64,000 nt of DNA from Methanomassiliicoccaceae archaeon. Its GTDB lineage: Archaea; Thermoplasmatota; Thermoplasmata; Methanomassiliicoccales; Methanomassiliicoccaceae. The position numbers and the translations under genes are program-made. The stretch is from the NCBI GenBank assembly GCA_040776945.1, contig JAXGZN010000002.1, positions 544,001 through 608,000 on the forward strand, given 5' to 3'. The first letter of the stretch is position 1, and each line of letters begins with the position of its first letter. Below the pieces are notes generated by a model that saw nothing but the letters and a program-made list of their open reading frames with translations, did not search any database and was not told the origin of the DNA. Shown here in pieces: positions 19,395-30,182 of the stretch.

Positions 19395-22300
19395 AAGGTC
19401 ACGTCCACTTCCTTCTCCAGCAGGTTCATCTCATGAGGGTCCAGTGTCGACGGGTTCATCGCAAGCATCAGGATCGAGTGATGTATGGCAACCTGGTCCC
19501 GCAGGGACTGGACGAACCTCAGCACTGTAAGGAAGTTGTTGTTGGTGATGAGGTACTCCAATCCGTCCAGCAAGATGATGCCTCCGTTCTTGGACAGGAA
19601 CTGCTCAAGCGAGAAGCTGAGCTTCTCCAGGTCCTTTGGCCGGAGACTGTCATCCTTGCCTATGTTGGTCAGCCATATAACCGGGGTATCTCCGAGGTTG
19701 TACTTTGAGCGGACCTTCAGTGGGTAGTCCCGGGTCACGCAAAAGCCTTTCACCCCCTTCTCGATGGCCTCGACGAACAGCGAATAGGACCGCACGCCCT
19801 TCTCCTCCTTGATCAGGTATGTGAACCCCGGTTCCAGAGCGGAAGTGCTCTTTGTCGCATTCTTTTCCTCGGGCTCATCCTCGACCTTGATCATCGCCAC
19901 GGGGCTATGGCATGCCGGGCACTCGTTCTCGTACGGCTGCACCGGCTTCTTGCAATTGCAGCATTCGGTGACCCTTGTGAAACCTCCGGAAGCTGCATGC
20001 TCCATAATGGAGTCCACGGTCTTGCTCCCCAGCCCCTTCACTTCACGGAGGTCCTCTTTGCTGGCCATGGTTATCTTGTCCACCGAGTCATATCCGGCGT
20101 CATAGATCATCTCGGCCTTGAGATGGTTCATACGCGGCACCCGCATCAGGTACGCGAGCATGCGGCCCTTGTCTTCCCGCACAGGCGGGGCCTCGACCTT
20201 TGCCGGCGCGGCCTCCTGTCTAGATAGATAGTGCACTATGTTCCTCGCGTCGTTGCGTGACACCCCCTCGATGGCCGCGAGGCTTGCCTCGTCCGCACCC
20301 CTCATCTCCTCGAGGGAGGCCTTGCCCGCCCTTATCAGCGCGAGCGCGGTCTCCTGGGACATCCCGGGCACCCTGGAGAGGTCCTTGATCCTTTCCTTCA
20401 TGCGAAGCGAGGACAGGGCAATGTCCACCTTGTGCTTCTCAATGTCCCAGCTGGCAGCGTGCTCGCCCTTCGGTTCACTGACGAGCTCCAGCTGTAAGGA
20501 CCTGGTCTCCTTCATGACGTGGTCCTTCCAGGTCTTGAAGTACCCCTCCAGCTGGGCAGGGGCCTTGACCTCGGTTCGGACGAACTCCTCGACATCCAGC
20601 TTCATGTCCTTCCGCATCTGCTGGATGCGGCGGATCAGCTCTCGAGTATATCCTTCCGCCTCGATCTCAGGGGTGACCTCGAAATCTATGAACAGAGTGC
20701 CATCGGCGAACTCCACGGCCACGATGTTATCTGGCAGGGAGGTCGAGAACGACACCATCCCCGGCTCGATGCGAACGGCCTGGCCTTCGATGCCCAGCGA
20801 GTACTCGCCCCTTTCGATGGCCTCTTTGACCTTTTCGGCCGGTCGGTTCTTGAGCATGACAGCGATCTTGGCCGACCACTGCCGATAGACCTTGCCGATG
20901 GCGTTTGGATTGGGGATGACCTCCAGACGGAGCTCATGCCAGGTGTGGCCCGGTGCGACATATTCTACGCTCTTAACGTTCGCCTGGGAGAGGAGCACCT
21001 CCTCCATCGGCCTAAGAAGGTCAAGTACCTCTTGGGACCGGGATTGGATGATGATGCGCTTCAGCGGCCAGCGTAGCTTGATGTTCTTCTTCTGCCTTTC
21101 CTTGGTGATCTCGTCCACCAGTTCCTGCATGGTCCGCATGGACGCTTCCAGGCGGTCATCCACCGCCGTGGGGTCGGACATCGGCCAGTCGCACATATGC
21201 ACCGAGGTGAGCTTGCCGTCCAGTGCCTGATAGATCTCCTCGGATATGTGCGGACAGAACGGCGCCAGCAGCTTTACGGTGGTCATCAGCGCCTCGTAAA
21301 GGGTCACGTACGCCGCTATCTTGTCCATGTCCGCGGATTCGGTCCACATGCGGTCCCTGATGAGCCGCACGTACCATCGCGACATGTCCTCCAGGATGAA
21401 CTCCTCGAGGGAGCGGCATGCGCGGTGCAGGTCCAAGGAGTCAAGGTTCCTGGTGACCTCGAGCTTCAGCTTCTCCGTCCGGGAGGCCAACCAGCGGTCC
21501 TCGGGCCTCATGGCCGCGCGGGCCGCCGCCAGGTCGATATTCGATGGCTCGAACTTGTCTATTGACATGTAGGTAGAGGCGAAGTTCACCACGTTCCACA
21601 GGATGTTGAGCATCTTGCGCGCGTTCTTCACCCCCTCGTGCTGGAAGGAGATATCCTCCCATGGGGCCGACACTCGCATGAAGTAGAACCGGACAGCGTC
21701 CGCGCCGAACTCGGCGATGACCTTGGCAGGCTCAATGACATTCCCTTTGCTCTTGGACATCGGCTGGCCCTGAGGATCGAGCATCCATCCATGCATGAGG
21801 ACGCTCTTGTATGGCGCACGGCCGAAGGAGATGCACGAGGAACCGAGCTGGGAGTAGAACCATCCGCGTGTCTGATCATGGGCCTCGGTGATGAACTTGG
21901 CAGGCCACCAGCGTTCGAACTCCGAACGGTTGCGCGGGTAGCCTAGCTGAGCCCAGGAGCACACGCCGGCATCGAACCATACGTCGAGCACGTCATTGAC
22001 GCGCTTCATCTTGCCGCCGCACTTGTCGCACTTGAGCAAAACCCCGTCGATCCACGGCCGATGGAGGTCCATTCCCTTCTGGTAGCCCTCCGCTCCCTCA
22101 AGGTCATCGGTGGTGCCGACCACCTTCATGTGCCCGCAGCCGCAGGTCCAGACCGGCAGGGGGATCCCCCAGTACCGCTGCCTCGAGATGCACCAATCAC
22201 GGGCGTTCATCGTCCAGTCGTACTCCCTTGATGATCCGGCCCACTCCGGGGTCCACTGGACCTTGGCGATCTCGTCCAGCATGAGGTCCTTGACCTCGGT

Positions 22301-23560
22301 GACCCTGAGGTACCACTGGCTCGTGTTGCGGTAGATGATCCCGGAACGGCATCTCCAGCAGTGTCCGTAGCGGTGGTCTATCATGCCCCGATGGAACATC
22401 AGGCCCTTGTCCTGAAGATCGTCCATGATCAGCGCGTTGGCCTTCTTGACCGGCATGCCGTAATATCGGTTTCCGACGTCCTTTGTGAACCTCCCGCTCT
22501 CATCCACTGGGCAGTAAGGCTCCAGGCCGAACTCCCTGCCCAGTTCGAAGTCCTCGGGACCGTGGCCGGGGGCGATATGGACCAGGCCGGTCATGTCCGC
22601 CTCGACCGTCTGTGAAGGTATGACGCGATGCACCCACTTTCCGCTCATGCCCCTTTGTGATTCGATCTCATCGTAAAGGGGAGGGACGTACTCAAGGCCG
22701 ACCAGGTCGTCGCCTTCGATTAGCTGCAGCACCTCGATCTCTTCCCATCCTTCCAGCTGACCTATGGCGTCGACCAGGCCCTCCAGCACGATAACGGTGT
22801 CCGCCTCGCCGCCCCGATGGTAACGCACCTTGGCATATTGGAAGTCAGGGTGCGCAGCGACGGCCATGTTGGCCGGCAGGGTCCAGGGGGTGGTCGTCCA
22901 TATCAGCAGCGACACTCCTGGCTCGTTCTTGACAGGGAATCGCACATAGATGGAAGGGTCCTTCTCGTCAGAGTACTCGATCTCCGCCTCCGCCAGAGCC
23001 GTCTCGCACCTAGGGCACCATGAGATAACGCGATTGGAGGCGGCGAGAAGGCCGCGGTCGAACGCCCGCTTCAGCGTCCACCATGCGGCCTCTATGTAGC
23101 TGGGGGTGATGGTCATATAGGGTTTTTCCCAGTCCAGCCACACTCCCAGCTCCTTGAACTGCTCGGTCATCTTGGCCTGATGGTTCAGAGCGAACTCCTT
23201 GCAGGTGTTGACGAACTTGTCAATGCCGAAGGCCTCTATGTCCTTCTTGCTCTTGATGCCGATGGCCTGCTCGACCTTGACCTCGATGGGCAGGCCGTGC
23301 ATGTCGTAGCCCGGCTGGTCCCTTACATTGAGCCTCTGCATCCGCTTATATCTGACAACGGCGTCCTTGATGGTCTTGTTCCAGGCAGTGCCTAGGTGGA
23401 TATAACCAGTGGTGTATGGAGGCCCATCGACGAAGTAGTAGTCGGCCCCGCTGGCGCGAAGCTCCTTGGTCTTCTTGTAGGCATCGTTGTCTTTCCAGAA
23501 CTTCTGCACCCGCCTTTCCAGGTCGGGGGGGTTATAATTAGCTTGAACCTGCTTTATCAT
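19391..23560 (-). CDS. ileS: Isoleucine-tRNA ligase with C-terminal HhH, Zn-ribbon and DUF835 domains
   Basis: DGPPYTTGYIHLGT, WTTTPWTLPAN, DWCISRQRYWG, DQTRGWFY and PMSKSKGN; ~335-aa extra C-terminal region. Confidence 0.97.
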   Translation of the reverse strand: MIKQVQANYNPPDLERRVQKFWKDNDAYKKTKELRASGADYYFVDGPPYTTGYIHLGTAWNKTIKDAVVRYKRMQRLNVRDQPGYDMHGLPIEVKVEQAIGIKSKKDIEAFGIDKFVNTCKEFALNHQAKMTEQFKELGVWLDWEKPYMTITPSYIEAAWWTLKRAFDRGLLAASNRVISWCPRCETALAEAEIEYSDEKDPSIYVRFPVKNEPGVSLLIWTTTPWTLPANMAVAAHPDFQYAKVRYHRGGEADTVIVLEGLVDAIGQLEGWEEIEVLQLIEGDDLVGLEYVPPLYDEIESQRGMSGKWVHRVIPSQTVEADMTGLVHIAPGHGPEDFELGREFGLEPYCPVDESGRFTKDVGNRYYGMPVKKANALIMDDLQDKGLMFHRGMIDHRYGHCWRCRSGIIYRNTSQWYLRVTEVKDLMLDEIAKVQWTPEWAGSSREYDWTMNARDWCISRQRYWGIPLPVWTCGCGHMKVVGTTDDLEGAEGYQKGMDLHRPWIDGVLLKCDKCGGKMKRVNDVLDVWFDAGVCSWAQLGYPRNRSEFERWWPAKFITEAHDQTRGWFYSQLGSSCISFGRAPYKSVLMHGWMLDPQGQPMSKSKGNVIEPAKVIAEFGADAVRFYFMRVSAPWEDISFQHEGVKNARKMLNILWNVVNFASTYMSIDKFEPSNIDLAAARAAMRPEDRWLASRTEKLKLEVTRNLDSLDLHRACRSLEEFILEDMSRWYVRLIRDRMWTESADMDKIAAYVTLYEALMTTVKLLAPFCPHISEEIYQALDGKLTSVHMCDWPMSDPTAVDDRLEASMRTMQELVDEITKERQKKNIKLRWPLKRIIIQSRSQEVLDLLRPMEEVLLSQANVKSVEYVAPGHTWHELRLEVIPNPNAIGKVYRQWSAKIAVMLKNRPAEKVKEAIERGEYSLGIEGQAVRIEPGMVSFSTSLPDNIVAVEFADGTLFIDFEVTPEIEAEGYTRELIRRIQQMRKDMKLDVEEFVRTEVKAPAQLEGYFKTWKDHVMKETRSLQLELVSEPKGEHAASWDIEKHKVDIALSSLRMKERIKDLSRVPGMSQETALALIRAGKASLEEMRGADEASLAAIEGVSRNDARNIVHYLSRQEAAPAKVEAPPVREDKGRMLAYLMRVPRMNHLKAEMIYDAGYDSVDKITMASKEDLREVKGLGSKTVDSIMEHAASGGFTRVTECCNCKKPVQPYENECPACHSPVAMIKVEDEPEEKNATKSTSALEPGFTYLIKEEKGVRSYSLFVEAIEKGVKGFCVTRDYPLKVRSKYNLGDTPVIWLTNIGKDDSLRPKDLEKLSFSLEQFLSKNGGIILLDGLEYLITNNNFLTVLRFVQSLRDQVAIHHSILMLAMNPSTLDPHEMNLLEKEVDVTF

Positions 23561-23659
23561 CGCAGTCCCTTAAGGCCGGGTAAAGTCCTTTCCTATAATA
23601 ATGCTGATGGTCCCCTAGGCCATGCTGGATAACAGGATTATTTTTCCATGGAATGTCCC

Positions 23660-24703
23660 CTAGCCCCACCGGTCTAGACTGGACTGCGACCTCGGCATGA
23701 CCTCGACCTTCCTTGCCGGCCTCCGCTTATCCACTCGATCGAGGGCGGCAGTGACCCTGGCCTCGGAGAACCCATGGCCCTCGCACAAGAACTCTACGAT
23801 CCGGTCCCTCTCCGGCGGCCTCCATTCGAGCTTGTACTCATCGATGTGCTCCGTCCGCAGGAAGATCTCCCTGACCACCTCGACGTCCGGGATGCTGGCA
23901 TCGATGGACCCGAGCGCTTTCCCGATGGTACCGTGCTCCTTGATGAGCTTCAGCCCCTTCTTGGGCCCGATACCCCGGATGCCCTGGTTATAATCGGTCC
24001 CCATGAGGATGCATAGATCGATGAGCTGCTCCCGGTCCTTCAGCCCGTTCGCCTCCAGGACCTTGTCGAGTTCGATGACCTCGATGTGGATGTCGCGGTA
24101 TTCCTTGCTGCCGGGCATCTTCCGCCGGCCGGTGATGTTAAGGTTGCGAACTAGCCGTGGAGCGCCGAAAAGGAGCGAGTCGTAGTCCTGGGACGAGGCG
24201 GCCCATACATCTCCACGAGCGGCCATATATGCCGCCTGGGCCTCGCCCTCCTCAGGCGCCTGCACCACCGGTATCCCCATGTGGGTAAGGAGTATCCGGG
24301 ACGATCCGACAATGTCGTTGCTGATCCTTGAGGACTGAGCGGCCTTCGTCCTTGCTCTCTCGATGTCTCCCTCGGACACCGCCTCCCTCCACTCCTCATG
24401 GGCCTTGGTCCGGCGTTCCGACCTTTCCGCGAGGGTCTGGGCCTTCATCAAGTGCGGATGCCCATCGAAGATGTATGCTGGCCGGACCCCGGCCTCCAAC
24501 AGGTTGACGTTGCGGTAAAGCAGACCGGCCAGATGGGACGTGACCCTGCCCCGGTCATCCTTGAGGGGCGTGCCGTCAGGTCCGCGGATGATGGAGAGGA
24601 ACTGGTATATGGCGTTGTACGCATCGATGGCCAAGGTGTGCCCGCTTAGATCATCCAGGCTCTTCCGCTCCGCAGGCACTATGTCCGAGAGATTAACTCC
24701 CAT
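23660..24703 (-). CDS. fen: Flap endonuclease 1
   Basis: MGVNL, IDAYNAIYQFLSIIR, EGEAQAA, SQDYDSLLFG, GTDYN and C-terminal PIP box QSSLDRW. Confidence 0.98.
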   Translation of the reverse strand: MGVNLSDIVPAERKSLDDLSGHTLAIDAYNAIYQFLSIIRGPDGTPLKDDRGRVTSHLAGLLYRNVNLLEAGVRPAYIFDGHPHLMKAQTLAERSERRTKAHEEWREAVSEGDIERARTKAAQSSRISNDIVGSSRILLTHMGIPVVQAPEEGEAQAAYMAARGDVWAASSQDYDSLLFGAPRLVRNLNITGRRKMPGSKEYRDIHIEVIELDKVLEANGLKDREQLIDLCILMGTDYNQGIRGIGPKKGLKLIKEHGTIGKALGSIDASIPDVEVVREIFLRTEHIDEYKLEWRPPERDRIVEFLCEGHGFSEARVTAALDRVDKRRPARKVEVMPRSQSSLDRWG

Positions 24704-24746
24704 TGTGAAAAAAGAAGGGTGGGGCCGGTTATAACGCTTTTCCCGC

Positions 24747-24923
24747 CTAATCCTTCCTGTTCGGGAGGTATAGGACCATCAGCCCCATGGCCATCCACAC
24801 GATCATCACCAGGACCCAGCAGATGTTGATGCTGAGCGCTAGGACCACGATCATGAGCAGCATGGGCAGTACGATGGCGATGAACGGGATGAACCATTTG
24901 GAACTGGTGAGGTCATAGATCAT
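24747..24923 (-). CDS. Small 2-TM membrane protein (58 aa, not in the ORF track)
   Basis: Hand translation MIYDLTSSKWFIPFIAIVLPMLLMIVVLALSINICWVLVMIVWMAMGLMVLYLPNRKD*; fills the rpe-fen gap on the same strand. Confidence 0.7.
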   Translation of the reverse strand: MIYDLTSSKWFIPFIAIVLPMLLMIVVLALSINICWVLVMIVWMAMGLMVLYLPNRKD

Positions 24924-24975
24924 GGGAACGATGGATGATTATGTGGCCCGTTTATGAATGTTTGGTGCCTCGTTC

Positions 24976-25635
24976 CTAGGCAGGATATTTGAACCGCCTC
25001 CACTCCTCCATTTCCGACCTCATGTCCGCGCTTTTAAAGAGCGAGCTCCCTGCGGCGAGCACGCTTGCCCCCGCCTCCACGCACTGCCGGGCGGTGCGGC
25101 CGTTGATGCCGCCGTCGACCTCGATCTCGGCGCAGGAGCCGACGGAGTCGAAGTACTCCCTTGCCTTGGCGATCTTGGGGACGCAATCGGCGATGAACGT
25201 CTGGCCTCCAAATCCCGGGTGGACGGTCATGACCAGAAGGAGATCGATATCATCTAGGTACGGAAGCACGTCCTCGAACGGCGTTTCCGGGTTCAGCGAC
25301 AGACCCGCCTTCTTTCCAAGCCTATGGACCTTGTCTATGCTGGACCGTACGTTGTCGGTCGCCTCCACATGCAAGGTGATGATGTCAGCGCCGGCCTTGG
25401 CGAACTCCTCGATGTATCTTTCAGGTTCAACGATCATCAGGTGCACATCGAAGGGCAGGCGGCAATGGGGCCTCAGAGCGCTCACGACCGCAGGCCCGAT
25501 GGTCAGGTTGGGAACGAACACCCCGTCCATTACATCCACGTGCACCCAATCGGCACCTTCTCTCTCAAGGCGGCGGACCTCCTCGCCCAGGCGGCTGAAG
25601 TCGGCGGACAGGATGGACGGGGCTATCTTCGTCAT
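24976..25635 (-). CDS. rpe: Ribulose-phosphate 3-epimerase
   Basis: IAPSILSADF, HVDVMDGVFVPNLTIG, DVHLM, MTVHPGFGGQ and EVDGGI. Confidence 0.97.
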   Translation of the reverse strand: MTKIAPSILSADFSRLGEEVRRLEREGADWVHVDVMDGVFVPNLTIGPAVVSALRPHCRLPFDVHLMIVEPERYIEEFAKAGADIITLHVEATDNVRSSIDKVHRLGKKAGLSLNPETPFEDVLPYLDDIDLLLVMTVHPGFGGQTFIADCVPKIAKAREYFDSVGSCAEIEVDGGINGRTARQCVEAGASVLAAGSSLFKSADMRSEMEEWRRFKYPA

Positions 25636-25660
25636 GGTCCGGCGAAACGCCTGAGCCCTA

Positions 25661-26086
25661 TTAATCCTTAGGGACCACCAGCACCGGGACCTTGGAGTTC
25701 TGGACGATCTTCTGGGAAACGCTACCCATCACCATCTCGCGGAAGCCGCTGAGGCCTCTTGTCCCCACCACTATGGCGTCATATCCCTCGGACGCTACGC
25801 TCAGGATCATTCCCGCGGGGTCCCCCATCTCCACCCTTGTGTCGAAGCGCACGCCCCTGTCCTGGAGGAGCTTCTTGGGCCGATCGAACCTATCCCCCAC
25901 TAGGATGTTCTCCCCGCTGGTGTACGTCGGCTTGGCGATGAAGCCATCAGTGTACTTGTCGGAGACCACATAGATCAGGGTGACCGACGCCTCCAGTCTC
26001 TCCGCCAGCGCCGCCGCGAAGCCGGCGGCGTGATAGGAATCCTCTGAACCGTCTATGCCCAACAGAATCTTCTTGATCGCGCTCAT
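25661..26086 (-). CDS. Universal stress protein (UspA family)
   Basis: KKILLGIDGS, IVVGTRG and MGSVSQKIVQNSKVPVLVV. Confidence 0.94.
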   Translation of the reverse strand: MSAIKKILLGIDGSEDSYHAAGFAAALAERLEASVTLIYVVSDKYTDGFIAKPTYTSGENILVGDRFDRPKKLLQDRGVRFDTRVEMGDPAGMILSVASEGYDAIVVGTRGLSGFREMVMGSVSQKIVQNSKVPVLVVPKD

Positions 26087-26179
26087 TTTCTCCCATTATT
26101 AATTCCAAGCTCATGGAGATAAGGATGACGATGAGGGCCACTGACAAACCTTTTTACATGGCAGGTCGGATTCGGGACC

Positions 26180-26374
26180 ATGGCCGAGGACAAGTGCGGA
26201 GTGGCCGGATGCAATGGGCAGGCGATCAAGTCCTATTCGCGAGAGGCGGTGGAGAAGGCCGGTCTGAGGGCGGCGGACGAGAAGGGCAAGCGCATGCATC
26301 TGTGCAAGGAGCACAACAAGCAGTACAAGAAGGCTACCAAGGAGGACCGGAAGCTGGAGAGCCTAGGCCGCTGA
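26180..26374 (+). CDS. Small basic putative Zn-binding protein
   Basis: CGVAGC...LCKEHNKQYKK pattern; TATA-like CCTTTTTA near 26150. Confidence 0.8.
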   Translation: MAEDKCGVAGCNGQAIKSYSREAVEKAGLRAADEKGKRMHLCKEHNKQYKKATKEDRKLESLGR

Positions 26375-26432
26375 GACCTCCTGCCTTCTTCTGGAGGCAT
26401 GCCGAGGCTCTGTGCCTGTGAAGGGGCAGAAC

Positions 26433-27437
26433 ATGTCGAATGACGTCCGGATGGTCTTCCTGGGGACCGGGGGCGGAATGCCGTCCCCGTCCCGGGGGGT
26501 CAGCGCCACCGCCCTTCAGGTCGGCGGGGACGTTCTGCTGTTCGATTGCGGAGAGGGCACCCAGCGTCAGTTCATGCGATCCTCGGTCTCCTTTATGAAG
26601 ATCACCGCCGTTTTCATCTCCCACTTTCACGGAGACCATTTTCTAGGCCGGCCCGGCCTTGTTCAATCGATGAACTTCTCTGGAAGGAGCGCTCCCCTCG
26701 AGATCTACGGCCCCCGGGGGGCCATCGATCTCGTGAAGGCCATGCTGTCGCTTGGCCACTTCAGCCTGGCCTTCCCGGTGACCGTCGGGGAGATGGACGA
26801 CGAGGACGTCGTGGACCTGGGACAGGTCACCGTGACCGCGGTCGCCGGAGAGCACTCAGTGCCCTCATTGTCATTCGTGATCGAGGAAAAGGCGCGCCGG
26901 GGCAGGTTCCATCCAGAAAGGGCGAGGGAGCTCGGCGTGCCCCCCGGTCCGATGTTCGGAGAACTTCAATCGGGCAGGGAGGTGACGGTCGGCGGCCGCG
27001 TCGTGTCGCCCGCGATGGTCATGGGGCCTCCCCGAAAAGGGATCAAGATAGTCATCTCCGGCGATACCCGACCCACCGAGAGACTGGTGAGAGCGGCCAA
27101 GCGCGCCACCGTGCTGGTCCATGAGGCCACCTTGGACTCCTCTCTTCTGGAGGGCGCCAAGAATTACGGCCACTCCACCGCCCGGGAGGCCGGTGAGGTC
27201 GCGAGTGCCGCCGAGGTCGACCTCCTGGTGCTGACCCACATCTCCAACCGCTATGATGACGTGTCCGTTCTCTTGGACGAGGCCAAGGAAGCGTTCACCA
27301 ACGTTGTGGCGGCCCATGACCTAATGTCCATTCAGGTAAGGACGGCAATGGACCTGCCGGCGGACGAGGGATCGGAGGGGCGAGCGGAGGGGGCCGGGGA
27401 CCTTTCCGGCCAAGAAGAGAGGCGGAGCGGGAGCTGA
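26433..27437 (+). CDS. rnz: Ribonuclease Z
   Basis: FLGTGG, FDCGEGTQRQ, HFHGDH, exosite GVPPGP, SGDTRP, HEAT, HST and THISNRY. Confidence 0.95.
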   Translation: MSNDVRMVFLGTGGGMPSPSRGVSATALQVGGDVLLFDCGEGTQRQFMRSSVSFMKITAVFISHFHGDHFLGRPGLVQSMNFSGRSAPLEIYGPRGAIDLVKAMLSLGHFSLAFPVTVGEMDDEDVVDLGQVTVTAVAGEHSVPSLSFVIEEKARRGRFHPERARELGVPPGPMFGELQSGREVTVGGRVVSPAMVMGPPRKGIKIVISGDTRPTERLVRAAKRATVLVHEATLDSSLLEGAKNYGHSTAREAGEVASAAEVDLLVLTHISNRYDDVSVLLDEAKEAFTNVVAAHDLMSIQVRTAMDLPADEGSEGRAEGAGDLSGQEERRSGS

Positions 27438-27476
27438 AGGCAAATTGTATATGGGGAGGTCGCAGTATTCAGGGTC

Positions 27477-28061
27477 GTGAAGCTCATCGATCGCCCGAAG
27501 TACGGTCCTTTGTTCCGCTTCGGAGATTATCATGTGTACAAGACCTTGTCGGTCCTCACCGATGGCAGGCGTAAAGGGCGAAAGCAGCTGGCCGATAGGA
27601 TCGGGGTCGGAGAGGGGAGCATGAGGACCATAGTCGACCATCTCCGGGAGGAGGGCCTGATCGATGTTAAGCAGACCGGCATCAAGATCAACAAGAAAGG
27701 TCAGGAGTTCATAGGCAGGCTGCCTCTGCAGGTCTACGTGCTCGACGTTCCCGAGATCACCCTGGGCCTCAGGTCGGTAGCGGTGCAGGTCAAGGGGGCA
27801 GCGCCCAAGATAAGCTCGGGGATGAAACAGCGTGACCAGGCCATAAAGGCCGGGGCCGACGGGGCCACGACCATAATAGTCCGGGGGGACCGGCTCACAG
27901 TGCCTGTGGACTATGACCTCGACAAGGAGCGTCCGGAGGTGGCGGCGGCCATCAGGCGGCTGTTCGACCTCTCCGATGATGATGTCATAATCATAGGCAC
28001 CTCCACCGAACTGCAGCGTGCCGAAGAGGGTGCCATGGCCGCCGCCTTCGACCTTATCTAA
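27477..28061 (+). CDS. Archaeal wHTH transcriptional regulator (DUF4443-like)
   Basis: [23 protein letters not shown] and [15 protein letters not shown]; GTG start. Confidence 0.8.
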   Translation: MKLIDRPKYGPLFRFGDYHVYKTLSVLTDGRRKGRKQLADRIGVGEGSMRTIVDHLREEGLIDVKQTGIKINKKGQEFIGRLPLQVYVLDVPEITLGLRSVAVQVKGAAPKISSGMKQRDQAIKAGADGATTIIVRGDRLTVPVDYDLDKERPEVAAAIRRLFDLSDDDVIIIGTSTELQRAEEGAMAAAFDLI

Positions 28062-30127
28062 GGCCGCTTCAGCAGCTCAGGTAGGCCCAGAGGGTCAGCG
28101 GTCTCCGGCAGGCAGGCCGTCTCGGTGCATACGTGGGCCATTTCCTTCCCGTCCCTCATTCCCTGTCCCTGCGTCAAGGGGGAAAGGGCTCGCAGCCTTT
28201 CCCCCGCCCGGCCCGGCTCGTTTAGCAGGACCACCTTGTTGGGGACGAAGCGCGAGGAGAGCTGGTTATAGAACGCCCGGGTGCCCTCGGAGCCTCTAGG
28301 TCCGGAGATCACGATGGAGTATGACGGCCCCAGACGCATGTCCACGGCGTTCATCAGATGGGCGTGGTTCTCGGGGGAACCGAACACGGTCCCGGAGAAC
28401 GCGGCCATGGCGGCATCGGCCCTCTCCAAGTATTCCGGCTCCTCGGTGATGCGATATAGGACCAGAAGGTCCATTATCGAGACCGAGTTCCCCGATGGGA
28501 GAGCCCCGTCGTACACCTCCTTCCGCCGAGGCATCGGTCCGCTAGCTTCCCTTGCCTGCATGAATCCGCCCTCTTCAGCGTCCCAGAAGGCCGCCGTCGC
28601 CGTCCTCATGATGCTCATCGCCTCCTCCAGCCATCTAACGTCATGGTCCGCCTGGAACAGCTCTATCAATCCCCAGGCCATGAACGCATGGTCGTCCAGG
28701 AAACCCGGGACATCGGCCGGACCCTCCCGGTACATGTGCAGCAGAGAACCGTCAGGAGCGCGCATCCTGCCGAGGACATGCTCGGCTGCCCGTCTGGCGG
28801 CCTCCAAGTATCTTTCCTCCAGAAATGCGGCGTGCGCTCGGGCCAAGGCCGCTATCATCAGCCCGTTCCAGTCGGCCATTATCTTATCGTCAAGGGCCGG
28901 CCGGACCCTCTCCTCCCTGGCTGCCAGCAGCTTGCTTCTGATCGCTGGGTACATGGGGTCCGAGAGAGCGTCTGCCTGCGCTAGATGCAGAACACAATTG
29001 CCGCTCGGCCGCCCCTGGGGCGGCTCGCGTACATTGCCCTCTTTGCTGAGGCCGAAGAGCCTCCGTGCGGGATCAAGCTCTTCGGGGTCGAGGACCGATG
29101 CGGCCTGTTCCTCCGTCCACACGTAGTATCTCCCCTCCTCTCCTTCGCTGTCAGCATCCTCAGCAGAGTAGAACCCTCCCTCCGGGGAGGTCAGGCGGTC
29201 CAGCACATACCCGAGCACCTCATGCGCAGTCCGGGCATGCTCATCCTTGCCTGTGGCCTGCCATCCCTCGATATATGCAATGGCCAGGAGCGCTTGGTCG
29301 TACAGCATCTTCTCGAAATGGGGGACCATCCAGATCTGGTCGGTGGAGTATCGATGGAACCCCCCTCCGAGCTGGTCGTAAAGCCCTCCCCGCCTCATGG
29401 CGTCCAAGGTCCGATCGACCATCGACAGCGCCTTGGGGTCCCCGGTACGGTTCCAGTATCTCAGCAGGAAGGTCAAGCGGTGCGGGGTTGGGAACTTGGG
29501 AGCCCGTCCAAAGCCGCCATGCCGCTCGTCGAAGGCCCGCATGAGGTTCTGGAAGGCGGTCATCAGGTTTTCCTCCCCTAGGCTGAACCCCGCAGTGCTT
29601 CCCAGCCCTTCCCTTATTGCCTCGATGACCTTATCAGAGGATTCCTCCACCTCCTTCTTTCGCTCCTTCCATAACTGGGCGATCGCAGGCAGTATGGTGG
29701 TAAGCCCGGTCATCCCGCCCTTGTTCTCCTTCGGGAGGTAGGTAGCGGCAAAGAAAGGCTTCAACCCCGGCGTGAGCACCACGGTGAGAGGCCAGCCACC
29801 GCTCCCAAAGAGCATCTGGGCGGCGATCATGTACATCGAATCGACATCCGGCCTCTCCTCCCGGTCTACCTTCACCGGTACGAAGCTATCGTTCAACAGC
29901 CTGGCGATCTCCTCGTCCTCGAACGACTCCTCCTCCATTACATGGCACCAATGGCATGCCGAGTAGCCGATGGAAAGGAAGATCGGGCGGTCCAGGTCCA
30001 AAGCCCGCCTAAATGCCTCCTCCCCCCAAGGATACCAATCCACTGGATTGTGAGCATGCTGCCTGAGATATGGGCTCTTCTCGCCTATCAGCCGGTTAGG
30101 TCTCCTTTCGGCGACGCGGGGTTCCAT
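28058..30127 (-). CDS. Thioredoxin-domain protein, YyaL/SPATA20 family (DUF255)
   Basis: [44 protein letters not shown] and [11 protein letters not shown]. Confidence 0.95.
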   Translation of the reverse strand: MEPRVAERRPNRLIGEKSPYLRQHAHNPVDWYPWGEEAFRRALDLDRPIFLSIGYSACHWCHVMEEESFEDEEIARLLNDSFVPVKVDREERPDVDSMYMIAAQMLFGSGGWPLTVVLTPGLKPFFAATYLPKENKGGMTGLTTILPAIAQLWKERKKEVEESSDKVIEAIREGLGSTAGFSLGEENLMTAFQNLMRAFDERHGGFGRAPKFPTPHRLTFLLRYWNRTGDPKALSMVDRTLDAMRRGGLYDQLGGGFHRYSTDQIWMVPHFEKMLYDQALLAIAYIEGWQATGKDEHARTAHEVLGYVLDRLTSPEGGFYSAEDADSEGEEGRYYVWTEEQAASVLDPEELDPARRLFGLSKEGNVREPPQGRPSGNCVLHLAQADALSDPMYPAIRSKLLAAREERVRPALDDKIMADWNGLMIAALARAHAAFLEERYLEAARRAAEHVLGRMRAPDGSLLHMYREGPADVPGFLDDHAFMAWGLIELFQADHDVRWLEEAMSIMRTATAAFWDAEEGGFMQAREASGPMPRRKEVYDGALPSGNSVSIMDLLVLYRITEEPEYLERADAAMAAFSGTVFGSPENHAHLMNAVDMRLGPSYSIVISGPRGSEGTRAFYNQLSSRFVPNKVVLLNEPGRAGERLRALSPLTQGQGMRDGKEMAHVCTETACLPETADPLGLPELLKRP

Positions 30128-30182
30128 GCGGGGGATATGGGACCATCAGGTAAGTAAAGGGAGGCGCTCAGGAAAATGATGC

